Shown one piece after another: positions 16,644 through 26,450 of a stretch of DNA of 57,730 bases. Both the position numbers and the translations under genes were made by a program. The notes beneath the pieces were generated by a model. The model did no database searches. It was not told the DNA's origin and was given only the letters and a program-made list of their open reading frames with translations. Within the stretch, counting starts at the first letter, position 1. Each line of letters starts with the position of its first letter. The DNA lies in assembly GCA_031253545.1 (NCBI GenBank), contig JAIRWH010000074.1:1-57730 (forward strand), in the 5' to 3' direction. Source of the stretch: Oscillospiraceae bacterium. Lineage in GTDB: Bacteria; Bacillota; Clostridia; Oscillospirales; UBA929.

Positions 16644-19600
16644 TTATTCTTGCGTAAAGCGCAGAATCATGGCCGGGCGTATTCCAATATTCTCGCTCGT
16701 AAACAAAGCCGTTGTGCCGTCCATGGAATCGCCCACGGAGCCGGGGTTTGTGGCCAAAAGGGCCGCCCTCGGAAAACGGTAGGCTCTGTTTCTGTAATTG
16801 TTGTCGGTCGCGTTGTTGCGCGTCCAGTAGAAGCTCGCCTGCGTGCCGCCTTGGCGCTCTTCAAGCGCGCAGAGCAGATACACCGCCCTGATGGCGTTTG
16901 TGAGAGAGGTGTCCGTGGTGCCGTCGTTGTCGCCGGTGCCGCCCCAAAGCGCCGCGTGGGAGTAGGAGTCCCTGTATGAGAGCAAAAACAGCCTGTCTGT
17001 GCCGTCGCCGCCGGTAATCTCCCCGGTAATTCCGTCGTAGGTAAACGGCGGGGTGTACGCGGCGGCGGAGCTTTTGGTGATGTTGTTCGCGAGGCCGTAG
17101 GTGTCGCCCCAACTCAGCGCGCCGCCCCAACCCTGGGCGGGGGTCATATCGGGAAGCACGGCGTAATCATGCGCCCAGCGCAGGCCTTCGAAGATGGCCG
17201 GGAGAGTGACATTGCGCATATCGCTCGCAAGATAGCCGCCGGCGAAAACGGCGGTGGAACCTGTGTCCGTGCCGTGCCACTTTGTAAACTTGCTCTCGCT
17301 CGAGGAGGGCATAATGTATTCCGACACGACGAGCACATCCGAACCGCCGGAGGTGGCGCCGCCGGAAGCGCCCATCGTCTTGGTGAGCACCCGCCATTCC
17401 GTGTTGTCCGCCACAAATGTCTCGGTGTTGTCTTTGTGGTGGCTGCCGGAGGGCATCGCGTCTATGTAATGCCCTATGGGCGTTATGGTAAGGTAAAACG
17501 TCGCCGCGCCCGCCGGAGCGCCCGCCGCGCTGATTGTCACGCCCATAACGCCGGAGTAGCCCGCGTCAATCGGAAGGGCGCATGAAGGCTCGTCCGTGGT
17601 GTATTGCACCGGGAATACGGGCTCGTCGGTGTAATAGGTAACGGTGTGCGCGGCGGCTCCGTTGGTCATAAACTCCAACCTGAGCGTGGAATCATAGGCG
17701 AGGGAAACAATGTTTCCCATCGTGCCGCCGTATGTCACATAGTTGTTGCCGTGGGCGGGCAGTATGTCGGTGAACATGAGCAGCATGGCGGGGCGTATGC
17801 CCGCCGCGGCGGTCACGGCCGAGCGCGTGCCTTGGGCAATCGTGCCCGAGGCGGAGACCGTGTAGGCGTTGGAGGAATCGTACATACTCCGCATCCAGTA
17901 GGCCGCCGCGCCGTAGCTGCCCACAACGCCCCCGTTCCCGTCGGAGGTGCTGTGTATCGTGCTTGCCGCGCGTGAGGTCACGAGGTTGGCGTAGTCGTAA
18001 TACGAGAGCAGGAAAAGCCCGTTTTCCCCGCTTGCGTCCACGGGCAGGCCCGTGTCTTTCGTGGCGTTGTCGGCGTTGCCCTGTTGGTTTGCGCCCGTGC
18101 CCACGGCGGTGTTGGCGCTTGTCCAGTAACCCGAAGCGGCGCTCGGCAGCACGGCGTAACCGTGCGCCCAGGCAAGGCTTTCATATATGCCCGGCAGCGT
18201 GACACCATACATTTCGCTGCCGAGGTAACCGCCGGTAACGGCGCCGCCATGGAAACGGCTCAGGGCGTAAATATATTCCGAAAGGATAAGCACATGGCCG
18301 CCGGAGCCCGCCCCGTTGTTATACGGCGCGCCCGCCGCGCCTGCCGCGCTCATCTGTTTGCCGACAACCCGCCATGCCCAGCTGTCCGCCACAAATACGT
18401 TCCCCTCCGGGTGCTCGTCTATATACCGCCTGATTGGCGTGACATTGATGTAAAACGTGGTCACCGGAATGGCGAGCGGGTCGTTGACAATAACGCCGCC
18501 GAGCACCGTGACCCCGTCTTTCACCGTGACGGTAATAACGCCGGTGTAACCCGCGGGGATAACCACATAGCCGAAGTTAGCCTCGGAATAGGGCGTGGTG
18601 TCCGCCCCGCCGCCGGGCGCGGGGCTGTATTCGGGCTGCACGATGAGCGGGGTGGCGTTATTCTTAAATCGTGACACGCCGAAACTGAACACCGTGGGCT
18701 CATCGGCGGAAACCACGTTGCCGAATACTTCCCCTTGCTTTATATTGCCGTTGCGGTGCGTGGGCTGCACGGCGGGGAAACTCAGCAGCATGGCGGGGCG
18801 CACCCCGATTGGCGTGACGACCGACGACACGGTTACCGATACGGCACCCGCCGGCGCGGAATGGTTCATCGAGCCGTCGCTGCCCGCGTAGTAGGCGGTG
18901 GTGTTGTTGTTCCTGTTGCGAATCCAATAATGCGCGGCGGTATAGCCGGCGATATTGCCCACCGTGGTGTGAATCGGCGCGGATACCCTTGCCGCCGAAG
19001 CGCCGTCGTTTCTGTTTGCCGCGCCCCAGAAATCGTGCGGGCTTTGCCCCCACATCTCCGCGTAAGACGGCGGAAACAAGCCGTTGCTCCCGCCGCTTTC
19101 ATATTCGTCGCCGTTTTTCACCACACTGCTCACGGGTTGAGGCTCCGCCGTGCTTTTGGTCACATTGGCGGCCGCGTTGTAGTTCATGCCGTTGCCCGTC
19201 CAGTAGGAATCGGCGTTCGGCAGAATCGCGTAATTGTGCGCCCATTCGAGCTCCATGTAGAGCCTCGGCAGATAATTATACAGGTCGCTGCCCACATAGC
19301 CCGCGCGGCTTGCGGTATCGTATGGCTGCCCCAATGCCATAATATGCTCGGAAATAATGAGCGCGTTTTCGCCGTCGCTTCCGTCCGCGCTGCGCCCGCT
19401 CGCGCCCACGGAATTGGAAAGCACTCGCCATTCCCAACTGTCGGCGATGAAGGTGGTCACGGAATCATCGCGGGCTATGGCGCCGATAAACATCTGCACG
19501 GGCGTTACCGTCAGGCTGAAAACCATGGCCGCCGCGCCGTCGTTAGCATAGTCGCGCACGGTTACCCTCACCAAACCCGTGAAGTTGGCGGGGATGAGTA

Positions 19601-22600
19601 TCCGCGAAACAAGCTCGTCGGGTGGGTCGTCGTAGTCGTAGGCCTCGAAGGCGGCATCAGAGGGCAGATACTCCGCAAAGACGGTTACGGCGGACGACGG
19701 CAGCCTCGGAATAAAGCGAAACTTGAAAGCCGTGGGTACATTCGACGACACGGTATTGCCGTAGCCCCCGGCTATAATATCGTCGCTGTGGTCCGGTAGC
19801 GCCGTGGCGATATGCAGCAGCAGGGCGGGGCGCACGCCCACGTTTGCGGTGGCGGCGTTCATGTTGTTCACAATAGCGCCCGTTGCGGCGGCCACGGCAT
19901 AGAGCGCCGCGCCGTTGTGGGTGCGCGTCCAGTAGTGCGTGAAGGTAAAGCCGCTGTCTATGTGGCGCACATTTGTGGCTTGCCGCGCGGCGTTAGCCGA
20001 CGAGGACGCGCCGAATCCGAGGGCGGCGGAGAGGAAGTCGGCGTTGGAGAGCAGGAAGCAGGCTCCGGCGGGGTCGGCGGTGGTGTATGTAGGCGCCGAA
20101 TCGGCGGCATCCGGCGCCATGGCGTATTCATGCGCCCACTCCAAGCTATCGTAAAGAGCCGAAAGCACTTCCGCCGCGCCGCCGTAATCGCTCTCGCCCA
20201 AAACACGCTCGGAGAGTAAAAGCACGTCGGTTGCGCCGCCGCGCGGGTTGGTGTCCGTGGTTTTGTTCAGCACACGCCACTCGCGGCTGTCGGCGATGAA
20301 GGTGGCGGCATGGCTGTTCAGGGGTATGGCGTTGATAAACTGTTGCAACGGCGTAACGGTGAGCGTGAAGTTTTCGCTGTAACCGGTGTAATCGTTGGCG
20401 GAATGAACCTGCACGTTCACGGTGCCCGAATAGTCCGGCGGTATGACGACCCTGCCGTGCGAGTCGGTGGGCTCGCCCTCGTGTTCGCAGCTTTCCGCCC
20501 CGTGGCCGCCCATGCCGCAGCCGGGCGCGTATATGGCCTTGACATGGGGCACGTCAACATACGGTGGGGCGGTCTTATAGTTGAAGGTAAACGCGGTTTC
20601 CACGTTAGACGACACGATGTTTGTAATAACTTCGTTATGCACAATGGGTCTGTCCAAGTAGTCGGGAGTGATTTGGTCGTAGGTCACGCTCAGCAACATA
20701 GCCGGGCGGACACCGTAATAAGAGGTGGAAGGCGCGGCGGCGGAAACGCCCAATGTGCCGTTGCCGGCCACATAATACGCCGCGGCGGCGGAGCCGCCGT
20801 CTCTGAGCGAGCGCGTCCACTGTTCCCGGGGCACGCCGGGCTGCGCGCCGGGGTTCACGGCGGCAATCTGCGCGTTTTCGGGAATCTCCGTGCTGTGAAT
20901 CTGCCGCGCGAGCCGCGCGGCGCTTGAGGCGAAAAACGTATTAAGGCCGTAATCGCCGTATGAGAGCAGAAACAGACCGTCTAAGCCGTCTTCGCCCGGC
21001 TTGCCGCCGCCGGAGTCGTATGTGAGCGCATCCCTCGTGTTGTAGGAAGCGCCGGTGTCGGGCAGCACGGCGTAATCGTGCGCCCAGGTGAGCGACCGAT
21101 ATATTTCGGGGAGCGTTTCAAGCCGCATGGAGCTGTCTGAGTAGCCGCTCACGACTCTGCTTGTGTGCCAGCGCTCCATGGTAACGATATATTCCGACAC
21201 AATGAGCACATCCTCGCCCGTGCCGGGCCCCGTCCTGCCCATATCCGTGCTGAGTATACGCCACATCCGGCTGTCCGCCACAAACGTATCGTGGGGAGTA
21301 AGGGGATTTTGCTCGTCTTCCATGAATGACCTGAGGTCTTTGACGTTGAGCGTGAAGCCGAGGCTGTGCGCCCCGTTTTTATCCTGCGCCGCGCCCACGG
21401 TGACGGCAACGGAGCCGTTGTAGCCGGAGGGTATGCTCACGGTAACCCTGTCGCTCAGCGAAGACACGGTGAGCGGCTCGTCGGGGCGCGCCGGGTCCAC
21501 GGCCGTCACCACGGCGTATGTGTCCACCCTACGCGCCGGGCTGCCTTCTATGAAAGTCTTGAAGGTAAACGATGTTTCCACGTCGCTTGATATGATATTG
21601 TCCAACACCGCGTTGTCCTCAATGAAGGCGTTGCCGTGCATGGGCACGGCGGCAACGGCGGTGATGTCCACCCGCCGCAGGGCCTCGTAAAGCTGTTCGG
21701 GCATTTCATCGCGCCATGTGCTGTCGTCGTCCGAAACGTCCTCGCCGTTTTCGTCATACACCGCGTCGTAAGTCAGCTCTTCGAGCGACACGGCCTGCAT
21801 ATCCACATGCGTGGCGTAATAAAACTTGCCGTCCGGGCGGCGTATTAAAGAGATACTTTCCAGGAAGTCCGCGGTTTGCCCGCCGGGGGCAAGCGGCTGC
21901 GCCCAGTAAACCCAAGCGCCCTCGCGCCCGCTGTCGCAAGGCTCGCCCTCGGCGTGGCCGCGCGGGCAATCCGCTTCTCTGTATAACTCCGGGCGGTCAT
22001 CAACAACCCAAACGTCCGAGGGGGGGTCGGACATTTGCGTCCATTCGGTGTAGAGCATGACACCGCCGTAACGCAGCCGCACAAATGTGTCGAAAGTGAC
22101 GCCGCTGTTTGCCCACGGCGCGTTACTGAAAGACGCAAGCCCGCTTTCCCATGTGTGCAGCGTATAATCGCATTCGCCCGTCTTGTCGGGGTTGGGCAAA
22201 TTTGAGTCATATTCGCCGTGCGCCGGACCGGACGGCTCGGCTCTCCCGATACCTTGCACGAGCGGCAGGGGGTTGGTGTCAACGGCCGTGCCGAGGGTGA
22301 CAAACGCGCCGTAGACCCCGTCGGGGTCGCCCTCCATGGTGGGTATATACCACGGCAAATCCGCGTCCGCGCGCCCGCCGCGAGAGCCGCTCGCAATGTC
22401 TAAGAGCATATCGAGCTCTTCAATGTCCGCCGTTATCACGGGATACATATCGAAACCGCCCGCGTAATCGGTAAAGCCCATATCCGCGCACAACGCCGCG
22501 AACTTTTCGAGCGAAGCCGCGCTGTCCGTGTAATCGCCGCCTTCCAAATAGGGAATATCGGCGCGCACTTGCTCCGCCGGGCGGCTCGCGAGGTTGTTCG

Positions 22601-23132
22601 CGGCAAGGTAGGCCCGCGCCTCCGCTTCGCCGTCGAAGACCAAAAACCCGCCGTCCTCGCCCGTCATATAGCGCTCGCGCGAGAGCACCTGCCTTACAGG
22701 AAAAACTTCCATGAACTCTTTGAGCTGCAAGCGCACATACACATCGCCGTATTCGCCGTATTCGCCGTCCTCGCCAAGCGTGCCCGTGTTTTTCACCCGC
22801 ACGGGGTGCGGCAGGGGCGCGTCGCCCGGCTGCCAATTATTATACACGGTTTGCCAGTTTACGGCGCTTTCGGGGTCGCGGTCAAAACGCGCTTTCCAGT
22901 CGTCGAAAAAGGCGTCCCACTCCATATCGTCGCGAGTGAGAAGGGCGGCGCGGAATACGGTAGGCGCGCCGCGCGCGGCGGCATCGCGCGCGGCGATAAA
23001 TTGCACAAGGGCGTATGTGCCCGTCACGGCGAGCGCGGCAAGAGTGAGCGCGGCAAGAGCCGCCGCAAGCCTGCGCCGCGCGGCGCGGCGCGGTCTGCTC
23101 ACATATCCGGCTCTGTTTGTGCGGCTCTTCAT
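16644..23132 (-). CDS. Giant (2162 aa) membrane-anchored or secreted modular surface protein: unique N-terminal region of about 490 aa plus five tandem Ig-like/DUF6273-like modules
   Basis: This is a single uninterrupted ORF with a GAGAGG RBS. The N-terminus RRRLAAALAALTLAALAVTGTYALVQF is a signal or anchor. Each module carries three landmarks. The first is xVSSxVETxFTF. The second is F(V/I)ADSxxWRVL. The third is a closing G(V/I)RPA(M/L)(L/I)L. No LPXTG or other C-terminal anchor is present. Confidence 0.85.
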   Translation of the reverse strand: MKSRTNRAGYVSRPRRAARRRLAAALAALTLAALAVTGTYALVQFIAARDAAARGAPTVFRAALLTRDDMEWDAFFDDWKARFDRDPESAVNWQTVYNNWQPGDAPLPHPVRVKNTGTLGEDGEYGEYGDVYVRLQLKEFMEVFPVRQVLSRERYMTGEDGGFLVFDGEAEARAYLAANNLASRPAEQVRADIPYLEGGDYTDSAASLEKFAALCADMGFTDYAGGFDMYPVITADIEELDMLLDIASGSRGGRADADLPWYIPTMEGDPDGVYGAFVTLGTAVDTNPLPLVQGIGRAEPSGPAHGEYDSNLPNPDKTGECDYTLHTWESGLASFSNAPWANSGVTFDTFVRLRYGGVMLYTEWTQMSDPPSDVWVVDDRPELYREADCPRGHAEGEPCDSGREGAWVYWAQPLAPGGQTADFLESISLIRRPDGKFYYATHVDMQAVSLEELTYDAVYDENGEDVSDDDSTWRDEMPEQLYEALRRVDITAVAAVPMHGNAFIEDNAVLDNIISSDVETSFTFKTFIEGSPARRVDTYAVVTAVDPARPDEPLTVSSLSDRVTVSIPSGYNGSVAVTVGAAQDKNGAHSLGFTLNVKDLRSFMEDEQNPLTPHDTFVADSRMWRILSTDMGRTGPGTGEDVLIVSEYIVTMERWHTSRVVSGYSDSSMRLETLPEIYRSLTWAHDYAVLPDTGASYNTRDALTYDSGGGKPGEDGLDGLFLLSYGDYGLNTFFASSAARLARQIHSTEIPENAQIAAVNPGAQPGVPREQWTRSLRDGGSAAAAYYVAGNGTLGVSAAAPSTSYYGVRPAMLLSVTYDQITPDYLDRPIVHNEVITNIVSSNVETAFTFNYKTAPPYVDVPHVKAIYAPGCGMGGHGAESCEHEGEPTDSHGRVVIPPDYSGTVNVQVHSANDYTGYSENFTLTVTPLQQFINAIPLNSHAATFIADSREWRVLNKTTDTNPRGGATDVLLLSERVLGESDYGGAAEVLSALYDSLEWAHEYAMAPDAADSAPTYTTADPAGACFLLSNADFLSAALGFGASSSANAARQATNVRHIDSGFTFTHYWTRTHNGAALYAVAAATGAIVNNMNAATANVGVRPALLLHIATALPDHSDDIIAGGYGNTVSSNVPTAFKFRFIPRLPSSAVTVFAEYLPSDAAFEAYDYDDPPDELVSRILIPANFTGLVRVTVRDYANDGAAAMVFSLTVTPVQMFIGAIARDDSVTTFIADSWEWRVLSNSVGASGRSADGSDGENALIISEHIMALGQPYDTASRAGYVGSDLYNYLPRLYMELEWAHNYAILPNADSYWTGNGMNYNAAANVTKSTAEPQPVSSVVKNGDEYESGGSNGLFPPSYAEMWGQSPHDFWGAANRNDGASAARVSAPIHTTVGNIAGYTAAHYWIRNRNNNTTAYYAGSDGSMNHSAPAGAVSVTVSSVVTPIGVRPAMLLSFPAVQPTHRNGNIKQGEVFGNVVSADEPTVFSFGVSRFKNNATPLIVQPEYSPAPGGGADTTPYSEANFGYVVIPAGYTGVITVTVKDGVTVLGGVIVNDPLAIPVTTFYINVTPIRRYIDEHPEGNVFVADSWAWRVVGKQMSAAGAAGAPYNNGAGSGGHVLILSEYIYALSRFHGGAVTGGYLGSEMYGVTLPGIYESLAWAHGYAVLPSAASGYWTSANTAVGTGANQQGNADNATKDTGLPVDASGENGLFLLSYYDYANLVTSRAASTIHSTSDGNGGVVGSYGAAAYWMRSMYDSSNAYTVSASGTIAQGTRSAVTAAAGIRPAMLLMFTDILPAHGNNYVTYGGTMGNIVSLAYDSTLRLEFMTNGAAAHTVTYYTDEPVFPVQYTTDEPSCALPIDAGYSGVMGVTISAAGAPAGAATFYLTITPIGHYIDAMPSGSHHKDNTETFVADNTEWRVLTKTMGASGGATSGGSDVLVVSEYIMPSSSESKFTKWHGTDTGSTAVFAGGYLASDMRNVTLPAIFEGLRWAHDYAVLPDMTPAQGWGGALSWGDTYGLANNITKSSAAAYTPPFTYDGITGEITGGDGTDRLFLLSYRDSYSHAALWGGTGDNDGTTDTSLTNAIRAVYLLCALEERQGGTQASFYWTRNNATDNNYRNRAYRFPRAALLATNPGSVGDSMDGTTALFTSENIGIRPAMILRFTQE
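16647..21650 (-). repeat. Five divergent tandem protein-coding modules of about 290-375 codons
   Basis: The RPAMLL-type module ends map near 20691, 19812, 18781, 17776 and 16650. The modules are divergent at the DNA level (old duplications), so boundaries are approximate to within about 30 nt. Confidence 0.7.
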
Positions 23133-23333
23133 GCTTATAGTTACCTCTCACGCGCAAGCGCGGTGTCGGAGCGGCTTCCACGGCGGCGGCAAAGACCCTT
23201 CTCTTTATTTTACAGCACTCGCCGCCCGCTGTCAAACAAACACCCCGCAATCGGGGGAGCGGCCAATCGCACTGATTACAAATTAATCCACCAACCCAAA
23301 CGGCACTTCAGCGCAATTTTGTCAAGATGTGGC

Positions 23334-23510
23334 ATGGATTACATCTCGACGAGAGAAGCCGCCGAAAAATGGGGTATATCCGAGCGGCGGATTCAAAAAC
23401 TATGTGAGGGAGGGCGTATTAGCGATGTTGTCCGTTTTGTCCGGGTCTGGGCGATACCCAAAGACGCGGAAAAGCCAGTGGATGGCAGGCTAAAGAAAAG
23501 GCGCGAATGA
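23334..23510 (+). CDS. Small helix-turn-helix DNA-binding protein (excisionase/MerR-like HTH_17 type)
   Basis: The 58-aa protein MDYISTREAAEKWGISERRIQKLCEGGRISDVVRFVRVWAIPKDAEKP is common on Firmicutes conjugative elements. Only the last 59 codons of track ORF 22569..23510 are credible. Confidence 0.65.
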   Translation: MDYISTREAAEKWGISERRIQKLCEGGRISDVVRFVRVWAIPKDAEKPVDGRLKKRRE

Positions 23511-23614
23511 TTCAATTTTTATTCGCGTGAAAAAACTTTTTGAATCAGGTGAAATCAGGTGAAACTATTTTGCTCTCGACTACGAATACATATACAGAGG
23601 GGTAACAGGAGGTG

Positions 23615-24166
23615 GTGCTGTTGGACGAGTTGCGCCTCATAAACCTAATCTGGCGCAATGGCGACCGCGCCCGCCGACGAGTTGGTACGTCTGTATTACG
23701 ACGCGATTTACGGCTTCGCGAAGAAGCAAATTAGTGATGCGGACTTCGCGCTCGACTTAACGTAGGAGATTTTTATTTCCTGTCTGCGGACTGTTGCGTA
23801 TTACGACCCGAAAAAGACGCAAGCTCCAAGGCATGGTTGTATAAAATTGCTGCGAACAAGGTGGTTGACTACTACCGTTCCCGCGCCTGGCATGAAGAGG
23901 TGAAAACCCTGCCGCTCGACGAGGTGGAGCCGATTGCCGGGGCCGATTTCATTCGAAACTTTGAGGACAGAGACTTTGCCGAGCGGGTATGCGGCCTTGC
24001 CGGCGACCTGCCGCCGGAAACGCAGAAAATCTTCCGGCTGCATATCTTTGGCGGGCATACCTTCACGGAAATAGCGGAATCCGCCGGACTGCCGGAGGGA
24101 AGTGTCAAATCGAAATATTACCGCTTAATCAATCTACTAAGGAAGGAGTTCGGTGATTATGAATGA
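23615..24166 (+). pseudogene. ECF/sigma-70-family sigma factor, inactivated
   Basis: An AGGAGG RBS is present. Region 2 reads ADELVRLYYDAIYGFA...DLT*EIF, with an in-frame TAG at 23763-23765 where Q is expected. Frameshifts occur near 23655 and near 23825 (before KAWLYKIAANKVVDYYR). Region 4 is intact (ETQKIFRLHIFGGHTFTEIAESAGLPEGSVKSKYYR). Confidence 0.75.
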
Positions 24167-24242
24167 AAAGGAAAAGAACGCAAGCATTGAATATATTCTC
24201 GCACAAGGATTGGTCAAGCTGTAAACGACACGGGAGCGAATC

Positions 24243-24743
24243 ATGGAAATGTTCCGTTCGCTTGGATTCCGCTACATTTTTTGGGATACGGGGTACAGCC
24301 TGTTCTTTGCTGCTGTGACCATCGCAGTTGTATTCGCGCTGTTTGCCATTGCACCGAACGTATACCATTATTCCGCATCTGTAGCCGTCGCGCCGCTCAT
24401 GTTCCTGTTGATAGCAGTGTTCGCCGAAACGTCTGAACGCTTTTGCGGTTTGTACAAACTCAGGCAGACTTGTCGCTATACCATACGGCATGTCACCGCG
24501 CTGCGCGTGATATGCTACTCCATCGTTGGCGCGGCGTTCACGGCGGTTGTCGCCGTAATCAACGCAAGGGACGCTTACGTTTTTCTGTTGCTATTCACCC
24601 TGTGGCTGTCGGCGCTGTTCGTTTGCGGCGCGTTTTCGCTGACTGTTCTGCGCTTTTTGCAGAATAGCTGGTTAAACGCAGTGCTTTCGGCTGCGCGGGT
24701 GTTCGTGAACGCCTCGCCGACCTTTTCGCTGAACAGCAAATAG
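24243..24743 (+). CDS. Polytopic membrane protein, probably the remnant of the cognate anti-sigma or accessory protein
   Basis: The ORF has about four hydrophobic helices. A 21-codon ORF (24160-24225, MNEKEKNASIEYILAQGLVKL) overlaps the sigma stop as ATGAATGA but is out of frame with this ORF. That suggests a disrupted longer gene. Confidence 0.4.
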   Translation: MEMFRSLGFRYIFWDTGYSLFFAAVTIAVVFALFAIAPNVYHYSASVAVAPLMFLLIAVFAETSERFCGLYKLRQTCRYTIRHVTALRVICYSIVGAAFTAVVAVINARDAYVFLLLFTLWLSALFVCGAFSLTVLRFLQNSWLNAVLSAARVFVNASPTFSLNSK

Positions 24744-24863
24744 GAAACGCCTCTCAGCGGACTGCCGATTGCCATGTTAGCCATAATCGGCGCTGCTGTG
24801 CCATAATCGGCGCTGCTGTGCTCACGTATCAAACATCAAAAATGCTATCGGAGGTCAAAAAAT

Positions 24864-25603
24864 ATGCTGTCGCTTAACAATGTAACCAAGAAACATGGGA
24901 ACTTCACGGCTTTGGAGGACATATAGCCTTGAATTTTCTGGCGGTGTTTACGCCCTGCTCGCACCGAATGGCGCGGGAAAGACGACGCTGATTAAAATGC
25001 TCACCACTCTGATTTTTCCGACCAAAGGCGAGATTCTCTGGAACGGTGACGAAATCGTCAAACTCGACGCTTCTTGCCGCGATATAATCGGCTATCTGCC
25101 GCAGGATTTCGGCTATTATTAAAACCATTTGCCTTATGAGTTTCTGCTGTATATGTCAGCGGTGAAGTGCATAGACCACCGCGCGGCAAAGAAAAAAGCG
25201 GATGAACTGCTTGAAACTGTGGGCTTGTCGGATGTCTGTGATAAAAAATGAAGAAGTTTTCAGGCGGCATGATTCAGCGTGTGGGTATCGCCCAAGCTAT
25301 GCTGAATGACCCGAAAATCCTTATACTCGACGAACCAACGGCGGGACTCGACCCGAAAGAGCGCGTCCGTTTCCGCAACCTGATTTCGTCGTTGCCAAAG
25401 GATAGGATAGTGATTCTCTCAACGCATATTGTCAGCGACACTGAAGCAATAGCAAAACGCGTGATTATCTTCAAGAATCAAAGGCTGTTTGCAAATGACG
25501 AACCAGCCGCGCTATGTGCGATGATAACGGGAAAGATCTATGAAACAGAAAGGTCTGTTCCACAAAACAGCCTCGCGCTCACAGAGCGGCAGGAGAGCGG
25601 CAA
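24864..25603 (+). pseudogene. ABC transporter ATP-binding protein, inactivated
   Basis: Walker A is LAPNGAGKTT, the signature is FSGGMIQR and Walker B is ILILDEPTAGLD. The gene carries three lesions and a 3' truncation. A 1-nt insertion creates a TAG at 24924-24926. There is an in-frame TAA at 25120-25122. There is a -1 shift in the A6 tract at 25243-25248. The 3' end is cut off at a junction near 25600. Confidence 0.8.
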
Positions 25604-25789
25604 AACCGTCACGCGCTTGCCTTCGTGTTCCTCCTTGCCGCCTGCTCCGGCACTTCGCCTTCACCCTCGCCCTCGCCGTCAACACCGAGCGAGAACCCGC
25701 CCGGCAACACGCCGAGCCAATCGGGCGACCCCGACGACTGTTGTCAAGGGTGTAAATCACCGATTGGGGCAGAATTAACAGAACATTAA
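25604..25789 (+). pseudogene. Start-less fragment of a lipoprotein N-terminus
   Basis: The frame reads NRHALAFVFLLAACSGTSPSPSPSPSTPSENPPGNTPSQSGDPDD. It has a lipobox (LLAAC) and a Ser/Pro linker resembling the 42227..43296 lipoprotein. No start codon or RBS is present, and the fragment ends after 61 codons. Confidence 0.45.
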
Positions 25790-25915
25790 CAATTTCGTCC
25801 TGCGCTTATCATCAGGAGCCGGTTGCGAAACTCCGCAACAAAATGGCAGTACAACAATTTTGTCCGAGCGTTCGTCTGAATTGCGCTTGGTGTCGGATAC
25901 CGCCACGAAAATACA

Positions 25916-25946
25916 CCCGACGGCTGCGTCTGCGCAAACCGTCGGG
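25916..25946. terminator. Stem-loop terminator downstream of 25963..26331
   Basis: CCCGACGG (25916-25923) pairs with CCGTCGGG (25939-25946) around a 15-nt loop. T-rich runs follow on both strands. Confidence 0.55.
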
Positions 25947-25962
25947 CGTTTTCCCGTATCCC

Positions 25963-26331
25963 CTACCGCATCAACTCGTCGCCGAGTTTCAGGATTTGCG
26001 GCGCAAGCCTCTCGCGCCGTTTCCTTGTCATGGCTGCGTAAACGGGATACGCAACCGACATCAGGGCGATGCCGACCACGCCGGCGGCGATGCCGTGTGC
26101 GAAGAAATCCGTCCACTCCGTCACGCAGGCCATGCCGACCCCAAGCAACAGAGAGCCGACCGTACCGATTGCGATTGACGCGACCGTGCCGGGCGACTTC
26201 GTGCTTCTGTCGAGCCTGCGGAGCAGGTCTATCTTGCTTTCCTCGCGTGCGGTGTACTTCTCCATAATGCCCTTGATTTCCTCTTGCTGCTGCGCGGAGT
26301 AGGTGTAGTTGAACGTCCCAGTGTTTTCCAT
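25963..26331 (-). CDS. Small two-TM membrane protein of unknown function
   Basis: The 122-aa protein has a soluble N-terminal part (FNYTYSAQQQEEIKGIMEKYTAREESKIDLLRRLDRS). Two hydrophobic helices and a basic tail follow. Confidence 0.6.
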   Translation of the reverse strand: MENTGTFNYTYSAQQQEEIKGIMEKYTAREESKIDLLRRLDRSTKSPGTVASIAIGTVGSLLLGVGMACVTEWTDFFAHGIAAGVVGIALMSVAYPVYAAMTRKRRERLAPQILKLGDELMR

Positions 26332-26450
26332 CGTGGTAGCCCCCTTAAAGTAAGATTGTGGCTACAGTATAGACCCCAGATGTTTGAGAAGTGTTTGCGT
26401 AGCGTTTCCGAATTGCTAAAATTGTGCGTTTTTGATTGTTCCACAAATAA

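Noticed and set aside
22569-23333. The upstream 255 codons of track ORF 22569..23510.
   Set aside because: This stretch is antisense to the 5' end of the giant gene and has no motifs. Only the terminal 58-aa HTH protein, starting at the ATG at 23334, is credible.
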